From Candidatus Yonathbacteria bacterium (GTDB lineage Bacteria > Patescibacteriota > Minisyncoccia > Phycocordibacterales > JACNGX01), in contig JAAXWR010000001.1 in assembly GCA_013334825.1 (NCBI GenBank), positions 267,769 through 331,768 on the forward strand: DNA of 64,000 nucleotides. Reading direction: 5' to 3'. The position numbers were made by a program, and so were the translations under genes. This document shows positions 20,251-29,304 of the stretch, in pieces; the first letter of the stretch is position 1; every line of letters starts with the position of its first letter. The notes below the pieces were generated by a model that saw only the letters and a list, made by a program, of their open reading frames with translations, made no database searches and had not been told where the DNA came from.

Positions 20251-20865
20251 TTACCGTCTATTGCGAAGTGCATGTACAAATGTATCACTGTCCGAATATT
20301 CAAGCTCAGTACCCGTGGAAAGCCCTTTCCCAAGTACGGTGATGGTGATGGTGTGCTTTTCCGCAATGGGTGCAAGTGTTTTACTTACATACTGTGCTGT
20401 ATTCTCCCCTTCCGCGTTTGCGCCAAAAGCAAGAATAATTTCTTTGAGACCTTGTGATGCTCCGGACTCTACACGAGTGAGTAGTTGTCTGATACGGATG
20501 CGACGCGCGGGATCATCAGAAAGAATAGGAAGTGATCCACCAAGTATGAAATAACGTCCGCTATATGCTCCCATACCATGAATGTTTTCAAAATCCATAT
20601 CTTTTTCGAGCACAAGAAGTGTCGTATTGTCGCGAGCGGGATCGATACATGTAGGACAGAGTGTCGTGCCGTTTTCTTTGCGAAAAAATCGGTAACATGA
20701 CGCGCACTGTTTGATTTCTGATGAAAGACCCGAAATTTGTTGTGCCAATTCATTTCTAAAACTCTCGGGACTGTTTAATAAAAAATACGCAAACCGCCGT
20801 GCTTGACGTGAGCCAATGCCGGGGAAACGTTTGAATGAATCGGTAAGGGTGTCGAGTATGCTCAT
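20251..20865 (-). CDS. recR: Recombination mediator RecR
   Basis: FPGIG HhH, C4 zinc finger, Toprim (EGENTA), GTELEY. Confidence 0.93.
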   Translation of the reverse strand: MSILDTLTDSFKRFPGIGSRQARRFAYFLLNSPESFRNELAQQISGLSSEIKQCASCYRFFRKENGTTLCPTCIDPARDNTTLLVLEKDMDFENIHGMGAYSGRYFILGGSLPILSDDPARRIRIRQLLTRVESGASQGLKEIILAFGANAEGENTAQYVSKTLAPIAEKHTITITVLGKGLSTGTELEYSDSDTFVHALRNRR

Positions 20866-20916
20866 ACGCTATAAGTGAAAAAAGAAAAATGGAATATGAA
20901 ATATGAAACAAAAATA

Positions 20917-21333
20917 TTAACGGGAGAGACTTGGATGATTCCGTGAAGTCTTTATAAGACCATTAATTATTTTGTGTACATCTACAGAGGTTAACTCCGC
21001 ATTCGTGAAAGATGTGTCATCAAGTATTCCTATATCGTGTGCAATGATGAGTTGATTTTGTAATTCGGTCAAAGATCCACGTGCCATTGTATAAAAGTGT
21101 ATCTTATCTTTAATTGACTGTCTTCCAAAGCCCTCTGCAATATTAGATGTTATCGAAATGGCACTTCGGCGCATCTGAGAAGATAACCCGAACATCTCTT
21201 CTTTTGGGAAAAAACGCGTCATTCGATACACTTGTAAAACAAGATTATGTCCAAGCTTCCACGCATTTAAATCACGAAAAGTTATAATTTTTGCTGGCGC
21301 TTCATATTTCATATTTCGTGTTTCATAATTCAT
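20917..21333 (-). CDS. Four-helix bundle protein (23S rRNA IVS protein / bAvd-like family)
   Basis: FRDLNAWK, FPKEEMFGLSSQMRRSAISITSNIAEGFGR and ARGSLTEL motifs. Confidence 0.93.
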   Translation of the reverse strand: MNYETRNMKYEAPAKIITFRDLNAWKLGHNLVLQVYRMTRFFPKEEMFGLSSQMRRSAISITSNIAEGFGRQSIKDKIHFYTMARGSLTELQNQLIIAHDIGILDDTSFTNAELTSVDVHKIINGLIKTSRNHPSLSR

Positions 21334-21342
21334 AATTCTATC

Positions 21343-22713
21343 TTAAAAAGATTCAAACGGATCTGCCTGCGCGCGCTTATCGATTGAAAGGAATGTCGTC
21401 TGTTTGTCATCGAAGTAGAGCTCAACAAATCCTGTTGGACCGTTACGGTGCTTTTCAATAAGAATCTGCGCAACGTTTGGTTTGTCAGAGTTTTCGTTAA
21501 TTTTATCATCACGATGGATAAACATAACAACGTCCGCGTCCTGTTCGATACTTCCTGAATCGCGAAGGTCAGAAAGTCGTGGCTTGCCCCCACGAGACTC
21601 AACAGCACGAGACAGCTGGGACAAGACGAGAACAGGCACTTCAATTTCACGAGCGAGTGCTTTGATACCATGGGAAAGTTCAGATACCTGGTTGACCATA
21701 TTATCAAAGTGACGACTGGGTGTGATGAGTTGCATATAGTCAATCACAATAAGACCGAGATTGTGCTTCATTTTGAGTTGTCGTGCCATGGAACGCATGC
21801 CCATGATGGTATTGCCCGGTTTGTCGTCAATATAGATGGGCGCCTGTGAGAGTCGTCCTAGGGCGTCTTGGAGACGTTCAAATTCATCATCACCCGAGAG
21901 TTTTCCTGTGCGAAGTTTCCATGCGTCAATGCGTCCCTCAGCCGAGAGCATACGATTGACAAGTTGTTGCGCTGCCATTTCAAGAGAAAAGATGGCAACA
22001 GGGATATTGTGTTTTGTTGCAGCTTGGCGCGCGATATCAAGAGCAAAGGTTGTCTTTCCCATGGAGGGACGTGCAGCAAGGACAACCATGTCTGATGGCT
22101 GAAGTCCCGAAAGCATTTTGTCGAGATCAGCAAACCCCGTCGGTACGCCACGGTATTCACGCTCATCGTTTTGGAGTGACTCATAGTGTTCAAACGCGGC
22201 AGAAAGTGTTTCACCGATTGGCACGAATGAACGTTTGGCGTATGTATTGGTAACGGAAAAAATTTTTTGTTCGGCGGCATCAAGAACTTCTTCCACTTCT
22301 TTTTCATCAGCGTATCCAAGGTCACTAATAATATTGGCAATGTCAATAAGTTCACGTTTGATGGCTTTTGACTTTACGATATGGGCGTAATACTCAGCGT
22401 TTGACGCAGAGGGTACCGCGTCGGCAAGTTCTGAAAGATACGCATTTCCTCCAATACGATCAAGTTGTTTCAAATCACCAAGACGTGCTGAGAGAGATAA
22501 CAGGTCGATAGGATCACCCTTTTTATGGAGATCAAGCATTGTTTCATAAATGATACGGTGCTTATCGGCATAAAATGCTTCAGCAGCGATAATATCCGCG
22601 ATATCAATCATTGACGCGGGCTTGATCATAATGGCACCGAGAAGTGCTTTCTCCGAATCGATATGCTGAGGAGGAATCCTTCCACCAGTTTTTTGTGCCT
22701 GTTGTTGTGCCAT
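21343..22713 (-). CDS. dnaB: Replicative DNA helicase
   Basis: PPQHIDSE, AARPSMGKT, FSLEM, IDYMQL and LRDSGSIEQDAD motifs. Confidence 0.97.
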   Translation of the reverse strand: MAQQQAQKTGGRIPPQHIDSEKALLGAIMIKPASMIDIADIIAAEAFYADKHRIIYETMLDLHKKGDPIDLLSLSARLGDLKQLDRIGGNAYLSELADAVPSASNAEYYAHIVKSKAIKRELIDIANIISDLGYADEKEVEEVLDAAEQKIFSVTNTYAKRSFVPIGETLSAAFEHYESLQNDEREYRGVPTGFADLDKMLSGLQPSDMVVLAARPSMGKTTFALDIARQAATKHNIPVAIFSLEMAAQQLVNRMLSAEGRIDAWKLRTGKLSGDDEFERLQDALGRLSQAPIYIDDKPGNTIMGMRSMARQLKMKHNLGLIVIDYMQLITPSRHFDNMVNQVSELSHGIKALAREIEVPVLVLSQLSRAVESRGGKPRLSDLRDSGSIEQDADVVMFIHRDDKINENSDKPNVAQILIEKHRNGPTGFVELYFDDKQTTFLSIDKRAQADPFESF

Positions 22714-22895
22714 GGTCGCTTCATTGTATCACATTGGAGCGGAGCGCGAACCAGTCAAAAAGATACTTTTTCGTGGAGAACATGGGGACAAGACGGGGAG
22801 AACGAAAATTTCTTATACTATCTCAAATAAGCATGACTGTGTATACAAAAACAATAAAACAGCCTCCGGGGGCTGTTTTATCGTTTTTGTATCAA

Positions 22896-23066
22896 TTATT
22901 CCTCAACAGAATGTAAATATTCTTCTATTGTGACGTTTATTTTTTCAAGCAAATCATTCATCTCTGTAAGTATTTCCAGTTTCTCTTCTGAGGAAAGTTG
23001 TGATTCAAGTTGATTAAGTTTTTCTTTGAGGTTACTGATTTGTTGATTAGTTTGTAGTGTGTCCAT
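22896..23066 (-). CDS. 56-aa acidic coiled-coil hypothetical protein
   Basis: Manual translation MDTLQTNQQISNLKEKLNQLESQLSSEEKLEILTEMNDLLEKINVTIEEYLHSVEE; terminator at about 22855-22880. Confidence 0.55.
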   Translation of the reverse strand: MDTLQTNQQISNLKEKLNQLESQLSSEEKLEILTEMNDLLEKINVTIEEYLHSVEE

Positions 23067-23100
23067 AATAGTGCATTAATCCAGTTTAATGAATAAATTA

Positions 23101-23739
23101 TTAAACAATCTCCTTGTTTTGACGTTTGTATTGTTTTCCAAGAGTATTAAATGTTTTGGTAATTTTTTCAGCTGTAATTCCCAAAAAAACACCAAGGCTT
23201 GTTCCAGTCAGAACATTTGCTAAAGCGCTTGCCATTCTCACTCCTGCCTCTGATCTTGTAATTTCTTGTCCGGATCGAATTTCGTCTATCTTTGCGATAC
23301 TATCAACACCAGGCATTAAATTCCATGTGGTAAAGGCACTTTCAGGACTTTGAAGAAAAGTTTGAATTTGTTCGGGAAGATATTTGATTGTCTCATTAAG
23401 AAATTCTGGAGCAATATTTGTTACTGCAGCAAGAGTACCAAGACCTAGTCCTGCAAACATGATTTTCATTTTTGCAAGTTCAGGATCATTATGCTTTTCT
23501 GAAAATTGTATAAAAAAATCTTTGTATAAAGTTGAAATTCTTTCTCGGAGACTCGACGTCTCTTCAGGATGTCGAGATGTAACTTCTTCTGGAAGATTTT
23601 CAAGTCTCGTATTATTTTCTGCAAAGCGTTCCAAAAGATCTTCCGAGCGTTCATTTTCTGCATTAATTTCCGCATTAATTTTTTTCAAATCATCTTCCAT
23701 CTGTGCTGTTGCGTCGAATTCAGATTGTTCGATTGACAT
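23101..23739 (-). CDS. Hypothetical protein with acidic coiled-coil N-terminus and two hydrophobic segments
   Basis: 212-aa AT-rich ORF. Confidence 0.7.
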   Translation of the reverse strand: MSIEQSEFDATAQMEDDLKKINAEINAENERSEDLLERFAENNTRLENLPEEVTSRHPEETSSLRERISTLYKDFFIQFSEKHNDPELAKMKIMFAGLGLGTLAAVTNIAPEFLNETIKYLPEQIQTFLQSPESAFTTWNLMPGVDSIAKIDEIRSGQEITRSEAGVRMASALANVLTGTSLGVFLGITAEKITKTFNTLGKQYKRQNKEIV

Positions 23740-23797
23740 AAAATAAGATATTAAAAAATATGTATAAATTATACAGAAAAAAGAAGATAAAAAACAA

Positions 23798-23827
23798 TTG
23801 ACATTATGATTTATTATATGTTATAAT
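23798..23827 (+). promoter_or_regulatory. Consensus sigma70 promoter
   Basis: TTGACA-18 nt-TATAAT with extended TGn. Confidence 0.75.
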
Positions 23828-23867
23828 ATATACGGTGTTTTTTATGTTAATCAATTTGAGATGAGAT

Positions 23868-24242
23868 ATGGAAAAAATCGTTGCTTTTTTTGCAGGTCTT
23901 GAACCTGTGTACTGGTGGATGATGTTTTCCGCCCTTGCGGTGGGAAACGCCATGTACATGGATGTTTTCTCATTGCGAGGATTGAGAAAAGGAGATTTTC
24001 TCGCAGTATACTCTGCTTTTCTTGGAGGAGCTGTGATGATTATCACTGCACTAGGTGCGGGCTCAATACCATTTTTGAGGAGCATTCTGCACCTCATGGG
24101 AATACTTCATGTTGAGGTATTCTACATGGTTTGTGCATTGACAGTCATTATGGGTTTATTGACACCCTTAATGCTCTCGTCTCTTCACAAACAGCACAAA
24201 CAGAAAGGTTTGAAAGAGAGTGTTCCAGCAGACCCCCTTTAA
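23868..24242 (+). CDS. Membrane ORFan (about 3 TM) in stand-alone cassette
   Basis: Consensus promoter upstream; hairpin ACCCCCTT-T-AAGGGGGT plus T-rich tail overlapping the stop. Confidence 0.7.
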   Translation: MEKIVAFFAGLEPVYWWMMFSALAVGNAMYMDVFSLRGLRKGDFLAVYSAFLGGAVMIITALGAGSIPFLRSILHLMGILHVEVFYMVCALTVIMGLLTPLMLSSLHKQHKQKGLKESVPADPL

Positions 24243-24294
24243 GGGGGTTTATTTTTTAACACAACACCCCGCTTGGACGGGGTGTTGTAAGATG

Positions 24295-24612
24295 TTATTT
24301 GATCTTGGAAACCGTTACTTTGTTGTATGTCTGACGGTGACCGCGCTTTTTGAAGTATCGGCTTTTCGCTTTGTAGCGAATGACCGTTACTTTCTTTGCT
24401 TTGCCTTCTTCGACGAATGCTGCTTCGACAGTCGCTCCTTCAAGGTACGGGGTGCCAATTTTTGTGGTCTTACCGTCGTCAATAAGGAGTACTTTGTCAA
24501 AGACAACCGTCTCCCCTGTTTTAAAGGCCTTGGGGAGCTTCTCCACGGTGAGGTTTTGTCCCTCGCCGATGCGGTATTGTTTTCCGCCTGTTTCAATTAC
24601 TGCAAATGCCAT
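24295..24612 (-). CDS. rplU: 50S ribosomal protein L21
   Basis: AVIETGGKQY, IGTPY and KKRGHRQ motifs. Confidence 0.97.
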   Translation of the reverse strand: MAFAVIETGGKQYRIGEGQNLTVEKLPKAFKTGETVVFDKVLLIDDGKTTKIGTPYLEGATVEAAFVEEGKAKKVTVIRYKAKSRYFKKRGHRQTYNKVTVSKIK

Positions 24613-24660
24613 AGTGGGTGTATATTACCGCATATCGGCAACGAGCGCAAGTGCTTTATT

Positions 24661-25005
24661 TTAGGAGATAGGAAAGAGGTCAGAGGTGATAGGGACAGAT
24701 ACTCGAATCAAGCGTGCCCTGCCCCCTACATGGCGTGCTGTGCATCCTACGTGGTGCACAGTGCATAGTGCAGGGAATCACGAAGCACGAATCAAGAATT
24801 AAAGATTACGAAATACGAACGAGTACGCTTGCCCCGCACCCTATGTGGTGCTGGGGAACATACGAACACGAACTTTCTGAAATAAGAATCTCCATGTTGT
24901 AGTATTCGTACATTCCCCCGCACCATGCACGACGCAGGGTGCATGGCACGCCACAAGGATGCGGGGCACGCGTACACATTCGTTATTCGTAAGCGTTCTC
25001 GTAAC
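24661..25005. repeat. Mosaic heptamer/palindrome repeat cluster
   Basis: Shares AGGGACAGATACTCGAATCAAGCGTGCCCTGC...GTGCAGGGAATCACGAAGCACGAA with 43785-43930 and, inverted, 40030-40150. Confidence 0.9.
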
Positions 25006-25018
25006 TCAGTAAAGTCTG

Positions 25019-25657
25019 TCATTCCAGGCTTGACACGGAACCCTGAAGCTCGTTATACCTGATTAGATTTGCCCGATTGGTGATTTCCTGCATCTCATGA
25101 ATCGCACGTTTAATTTGGGGAATATCTTCTTTGAAATCGGAATGACTGTATCGTTCATTATCCGGTGAAGATGCTCTCATTTTTTCAATAGCTGATAGTA
25201 AATCTTCAGGGATTGAATCTTGCCCAAAATGTTTAAAATACTCTTCAAAATCATTTTTTCTTCGTTCAGTTTCCGCTTCTGAAAAACCCATATCCATAAA
25301 CGACCTACCCTCTTGCATATCTACGTGACCAATTATTTTGTTTCGGTTTACTTTGATTTTCTTTATGATGTCAACGTACTTATTTTCCCAATCATGAATA
25401 CGTCGTGTAATTTCTTTGTTGGATATCCTTTCAAGACGCAAGAATCCATGTTTATCTGATCTGGTTACACCGACAACCTTTGCCATGTCCAAAATGATTG
25501 AGTACATATAGACGTCGGATATGAGAGGAAATTTTTCTTTTACTGCATTGTCTGTTTGTATCATTTCATATTCATTGATTTTTCCAAGTAAGTAATTGCT
25601 AATTTGGATTACAACACCCCAAATATTGAAAAAATCTTTTTGTTGTTCATTGGTCAT
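25019..25657 (-). CDS. Stand-alone HEPN-domain (AbiU2-like) protein, putative RNase
   Basis: Helical-looking protein with SIILDMAKV and RNKIIGH (R-x5-H); AT-rich. Confidence 0.6.
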   Translation of the reverse strand: MTNEQQKDFFNIWGVVIQISNYLLGKINEYEMIQTDNAVKEKFPLISDVYMYSIILDMAKVVGVTRSDKHGFLRLERISNKEITRRIHDWENKYVDIIKKIKVNRNKIIGHVDMQEGRSFMDMGFSEAETERRKNDFEEYFKHFGQDSIPEDLLSAIEKMRASSPDNERYSHSDFKEDIPQIKRAIHEMQEITNRANLIRYNELQGSVSSLE

Positions 25658-25717
25658 AAAATGTTTGTTACTTTCAGTTTGTTTCCGCGTTCGTTCCGCG
25701 ATGTTCTGCGTATATAT

Positions 25718-26836
25718 CTACTCTTCCCTCATTTGTGGTTTTTCAAGTGCTATTGGTTCAAAACCGATTGACTCTTCCCCATCAGTAATTTTAAAGACAT
25801 CTTTGTCGATTTTAGCAAGCTCTTTTTGCGCTTTGTCATAATGATTGACTGTCGTAGAAAGTGACGAGCCGACTTTGGAGAAATATTCTTGATACGCGTT
25901 CAAATGTTTGGTGAGCATACCAACCTGCTTTTCAATCTGCATGGCATGTTCTTCAATTCTAAATGCTTTAAATCCGTACAAGACTGATTGCAGATACGCG
26001 GCAAATGTTGTCGGGGAGACAATAATCACTTTCTTGTCATTGTATGCATAATCAATCAAACTACGGGTATTGACTTTGATAGCGCCGACTTCGTTGACGA
26101 GGAGGTCATAATAAATACCTTCGGCGGGAATATACATAAACGCAAATGGTAATGTCCCTTCTTCGGGGCGAATGTATTTCGCTGTTTCATCAATGCGCTT
26201 TTTCAAATCGTTACGAAAGAGCGTCTCGAGCTCTCCGCGCTTACTTTCATCAGTTTCATTGATGATACGATTGTAATTATCGAGTGAAAACTTCGCGTCG
26301 ATAGGAATAAATCCTTCTTTTGTCTTGATAATCGCATCCACCTGGTCGCCGTTCTTAAAGAGGTGTTGCATTGCATACGCAGTTGGGGGCAGGATATTGC
26401 CGAGTGACAATTCCAAACTTGCCTCACCCAAATTACCGCGTTGTTTTTGATGTTTTAATACCTTCTCAAGGTTTTGGAGTTGTTCTGCAAGAGTAAAAAC
26501 TTGTTTGCTCGACTCCCCCACTTCGGCGACTTCTTTTTTTACCGCAAGAAGATGCGACGTCATTTGTTCGTTCACATCACGGATGAGACGTTGTGATTCT
26601 GAAAATTGCGTGCGGACCGCGTCTTGCATTTCTTTGCGTGATTCACCAAGTTTACCATCGATGGCGCGTGTGAGATTTTCTAATTGGTTTTGAAGAAGCA
26701 TGAAGTTTTCAGCTGTGGAACCATCTGTTTTTGAAACTTCCGCTTCTTGCTCTGTACTACGAAGAAAACGCGCGACGATAATGCCAATGATTGTGCCAAC
26801 GATAATTGCGAGAATAATAATGACGAGAGTGTCCAT
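25718..26836 (-). CDS. rmuC: DNA recombination protein RmuC
   Basis: TM helix plus coiled coil; RGNLGE, IPIDAKF, FMYIPAE and VSPTT motifs. Confidence 0.93.
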   Translation of the reverse strand: MDTLVIIILAIIVGTIIGIIVARFLRSTEQEAEVSKTDGSTAENFMLLQNQLENLTRAIDGKLGESRKEMQDAVRTQFSESQRLIRDVNEQMTSHLLAVKKEVAEVGESSKQVFTLAEQLQNLEKVLKHQKQRGNLGEASLELSLGNILPPTAYAMQHLFKNGDQVDAIIKTKEGFIPIDAKFSLDNYNRIINETDESKRGELETLFRNDLKKRIDETAKYIRPEEGTLPFAFMYIPAEGIYYDLLVNEVGAIKVNTRSLIDYAYNDKKVIIVSPTTFAAYLQSVLYGFKAFRIEEHAMQIEKQVGMLTKHLNAYQEYFSKVGSSLSTTVNHYDKAQKELAKIDKDVFKITDGEESIGFEPIALEKPQMREE

Positions 26837-26895
26837 AAGAGATAAAAACGGTAAAACTATAAACTATAAACGATACACAATGTGACTATGGTATG

Positions 26896-27690
26896 TTAAT
26901 CAAAAAGACCTTTTTGTGGCATGCCACTTTTCCCGAGTGCCTTTCCCAGAACTTCTGTGCGTGCATCAAAGTACCGGCAATGGTCGCAGTCTGGATTTGA
27001 TGCAGGGACCACAGTACTGTCGAGTGTCTTTTTGATATCTGCAATCGTTCCATCAATCCAGTCACCATTACCTGCGTATCCAATAAGGGTGAGTTCAAAT
27101 TCAAGTTTATTATCAAATGCATCGGGTTCTTTTGTGGCATTGGCATATACAAAATATCCCGTATCAGAAACGGCAAAACCGTTTTGACGGAAAAGCCACT
27201 GATATATCTCCATCTGCCTCTTGTATCCATCATGCCAGTCTTGATCGAGCGCATTGATTGCCTCGTCTTTGCTTGTTGATTTATAGTCAACGATGATGAG
27301 TTCTCCTTTTGGATTGACCCACACATCATCCACGGCGCCTGAAATGGTAAGCCCAGTTGGTTTGTGAAATGTCTCGATGCCTTTAAAGTTTTCTCGCCAA
27401 ATATCCATTTGCTGGTGACGAAATGGTACCGCGTCCACACCGTACTGTTCCATGATGGGGTGTTTACTGCCTGCGCTACGGTGTGTATCAAATTCTTTTT
27501 TGAGGAGGGCGTCTACCGCAGAGTTCAAAGAAAATGGGAAGCCAGGCGTGCGGGCAGTACCGAGTTTGTTATCAATATAAAAACAGCGGGGGCATTCAAC
27601 GAATAGGTCTATTTTGGAGCGACTGAGACGAAAGTTTTCGCCCCCGTAGTTCCATTTCGGATTTCTATGAGGTTTGTAGTATTGAGACAT
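26896..27690 (-). CDS. PD-(D/E)XK nuclease family protein
   Basis: LSRSK..CPRCFY, GAVDD, IVDYKS, QMEIY and CDHC motifs. Confidence 0.88.
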   Translation of the reverse strand: MSQYYKPHRNPKWNYGGENFRLSRSKIDLFVECPRCFYIDNKLGTARTPGFPFSLNSAVDALLKKEFDTHRSAGSKHPIMEQYGVDAVPFRHQQMDIWRENFKGIETFHKPTGLTISGAVDDVWVNPKGELIIVDYKSTSKDEAINALDQDWHDGYKRQMEIYQWLFRQNGFAVSDTGYFVYANATKEPDAFDNKLEFELTLIGYAGNGDWIDGTIADIKKTLDSTVVPASNPDCDHCRYFDARTEVLGKALGKSGMPQKGLFD

Positions 27691-27733
27691 GGGAATAGTA
27701 TATCAGTATGAGAGGAGGTTAGGAAGTTAGTAT

Positions 27734-28033
27734 AAAAAATAGCCCCTCCGTAGAGGGGCTTTAAAAATATCCCTGTCGCTACCACGACTAATGCCGTATC
27801 ACAAAAAATACAGTATTAGTCATCCGAAGCCTCGGTACGTCCGACCTTAGCTGTCGATTGGGTTCACTAGGATGGAACCTTCACGCACCACCATGTCCGA
27901 AACATGGTCAACAGAAAGTCATGGAGACTTTTCGTCATGTACCTTCTTTCGCGGGCGTGCAACGTTTGTACTACAAAATCTATCCACGCGTTGAAGAGGT
28001 GCTATCACGAACAGGGATTCCGGAAGAACTACT
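27734..28033 (-). ncRNA. Candidate structured non-coding RNA, about 300 nt, family unknown
   Basis: TTGTAA-17-TATATT promoter, closing helix ATCCCTGT/ACAGGGAT, at least five internal hairpins, cUACGg terminator with U-tract, no convincing ORF. Confidence 0.6.
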
Positions 28034-28235
28034 TTTTATAATATATAAAATTTCTTTTCTTTTTACAATCTTGACACTCTTTATCCAACATGTGTTTTTA
28101 TCGAACATTCTTAGGCTCTGGAAACTCCATACGAAAAAAGCGACGCGTTGTCGCTTTTTTTGTATTGTTAAAATTCTCGGTATCTTCCGGCGTCTAATTC
28201 GCATCACTTCCGTGTTCTATCTCCGAAGTTCCGCA

Positions 28236-28772
28236 TTAGATTCTAATCACACCAAACGTCGCGACGATACCGTCACCGTTTGTGCCCGGCAACATGATGT
28301 CTTTTGTATGATCAAATACCTTATCACCGTCATCTTCATAGATAACAATAGCGTATGTTTGTCCGCCGAATGTATTGCGGAGAAGCTCTACCCATACACC
28401 ATCATACACACCCGCATCGAGACGTGATGCGCCGAGAATGTTCCACAATCCTCCGTTGTGTAACTCGCGTACCGCGACCCAAATAGTGCGGTCAGTTGAG
28501 ACGGCGTTCAAGAAGACATGCATACCTTCTGGCTGTTCACCGACAGTTGCCGAAATGCCTTCGGGCATTGTCGGTGTTTCTGTTTCTTTCATTTCGTCTG
28601 TGAGGACTTCTTCCGTTTTGGGGCGATTCCCATGCCGTCCAGACTCTATATCGCGATTGACCCAGAGATAATATCCTCCCCAACCAATAAGAATACCGAT
28701 AATAAGAAGTACCCACATACGTGCGGGAGCGGACATATGCGAAAACTGTCCTTTTTGTTGTGTATCTGTCAT
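28236..28772 (-). CDS. Membrane-anchored hypothetical protein with beta-rich extracellular domain
   Basis: One TM helix; WVAVRE, ILGA and EDDGDKVFD segments. Confidence 0.75.
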   Translation of the reverse strand: MTDTQQKGQFSHMSAPARMWVLLIIGILIGWGGYYLWVNRDIESGRHGNRPKTEEVLTDEMKETETPTMPEGISATVGEQPEGMHVFLNAVSTDRTIWVAVRELHNGGLWNILGASRLDAGVYDGVWVELLRNTFGGQTYAIVIYEDDGDKVFDHTKDIMLPGTNGDGIVATFGVIRI

Positions 28773-28883
28773 TTCTCTATAGTACCGCGGTTTATTTCTC
28801 TTGGTCAATTGACAGATTGACATATATATCTTATTGGTATATGGTATCGGGGATGTTGTTTTATAAAAAAGAAAATTCATATT

Positions 28884-29222
28884 ATGTTATTTATAAAAAT
28901 TTCAGGATTACGTCCTAGTTTGGGCGATAGCATACTTCTCAAAAAGAAAATGACCGATATTTTTTCTATTGAACAGAAAAAAGTAAATATTATTTACTCC
29001 GCGGGTGCCCCGAGGAGAGGAAAAGCATTTAATGACGGATGTATTCTCGTTGAGATTTTTTTACAGAAGAAAAAAGAAAGAACAAAAAATGTGTTAGATA
29101 ATTTATGTTCTGAGGTAAGACATTTTTTTTCAGACATGTATTCAATCTCAGGTGTTGAATTTATTGTTATTGCGATTCCGCAAGATGATAATGAAATAGG
29201 TTATTCTGCAATAGAGTATTAA
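28884..29222 (+). CDS. Hypothetical ORFan in stand-alone cassette
   Basis: TTGACA upstream; terminator AAAGTCCGC-ACAA-GCGGACTTT plus T-tract at the stop. Confidence 0.65.
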   Translation: MLFIKISGLRPSLGDSILLKKKMTDIFSIEQKKVNIIYSAGAPRRGKAFNDGCILVEIFLQKKKERTKNVLDNLCSEVRHFFSDMYSISGVEFIVIAIPQDDNEIGYSAIEY

Positions 29223-29304
29223 AGTCCGCACAAGCGGACTTTTTTTGTATAGTTATTTTTGCAACTCTCAGTCTCTTCCTTGTCTCACGCTTCGTGTCAT
29301 TTTG

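Noticed and set aside
20917-21333. Diversity-generating retroelement suggested by the Avd-like gene
   Set aside because: No reverse transcriptase, and no template/variable repeat pair with adenine-specific mismatches, in the window
24714-25022. Short ORFs within repeat clusters (also 29259-29498, 43740-44149)
   Set aside because: They are translations of repeat DNA with no coding features
27900-27945. GACGAAAAGTCTCC resembling RNase P CR-I
   Set aside because: Poor match to GAGGAAAGUCC, and no complementary CR-V near the 3' end
27858-28427. 189-aa + strand ORF across the RNA candidate
   Set aside because: TTG start, runs through promoter and terminator sequence and antisense into a real gene; no protein-like motifs
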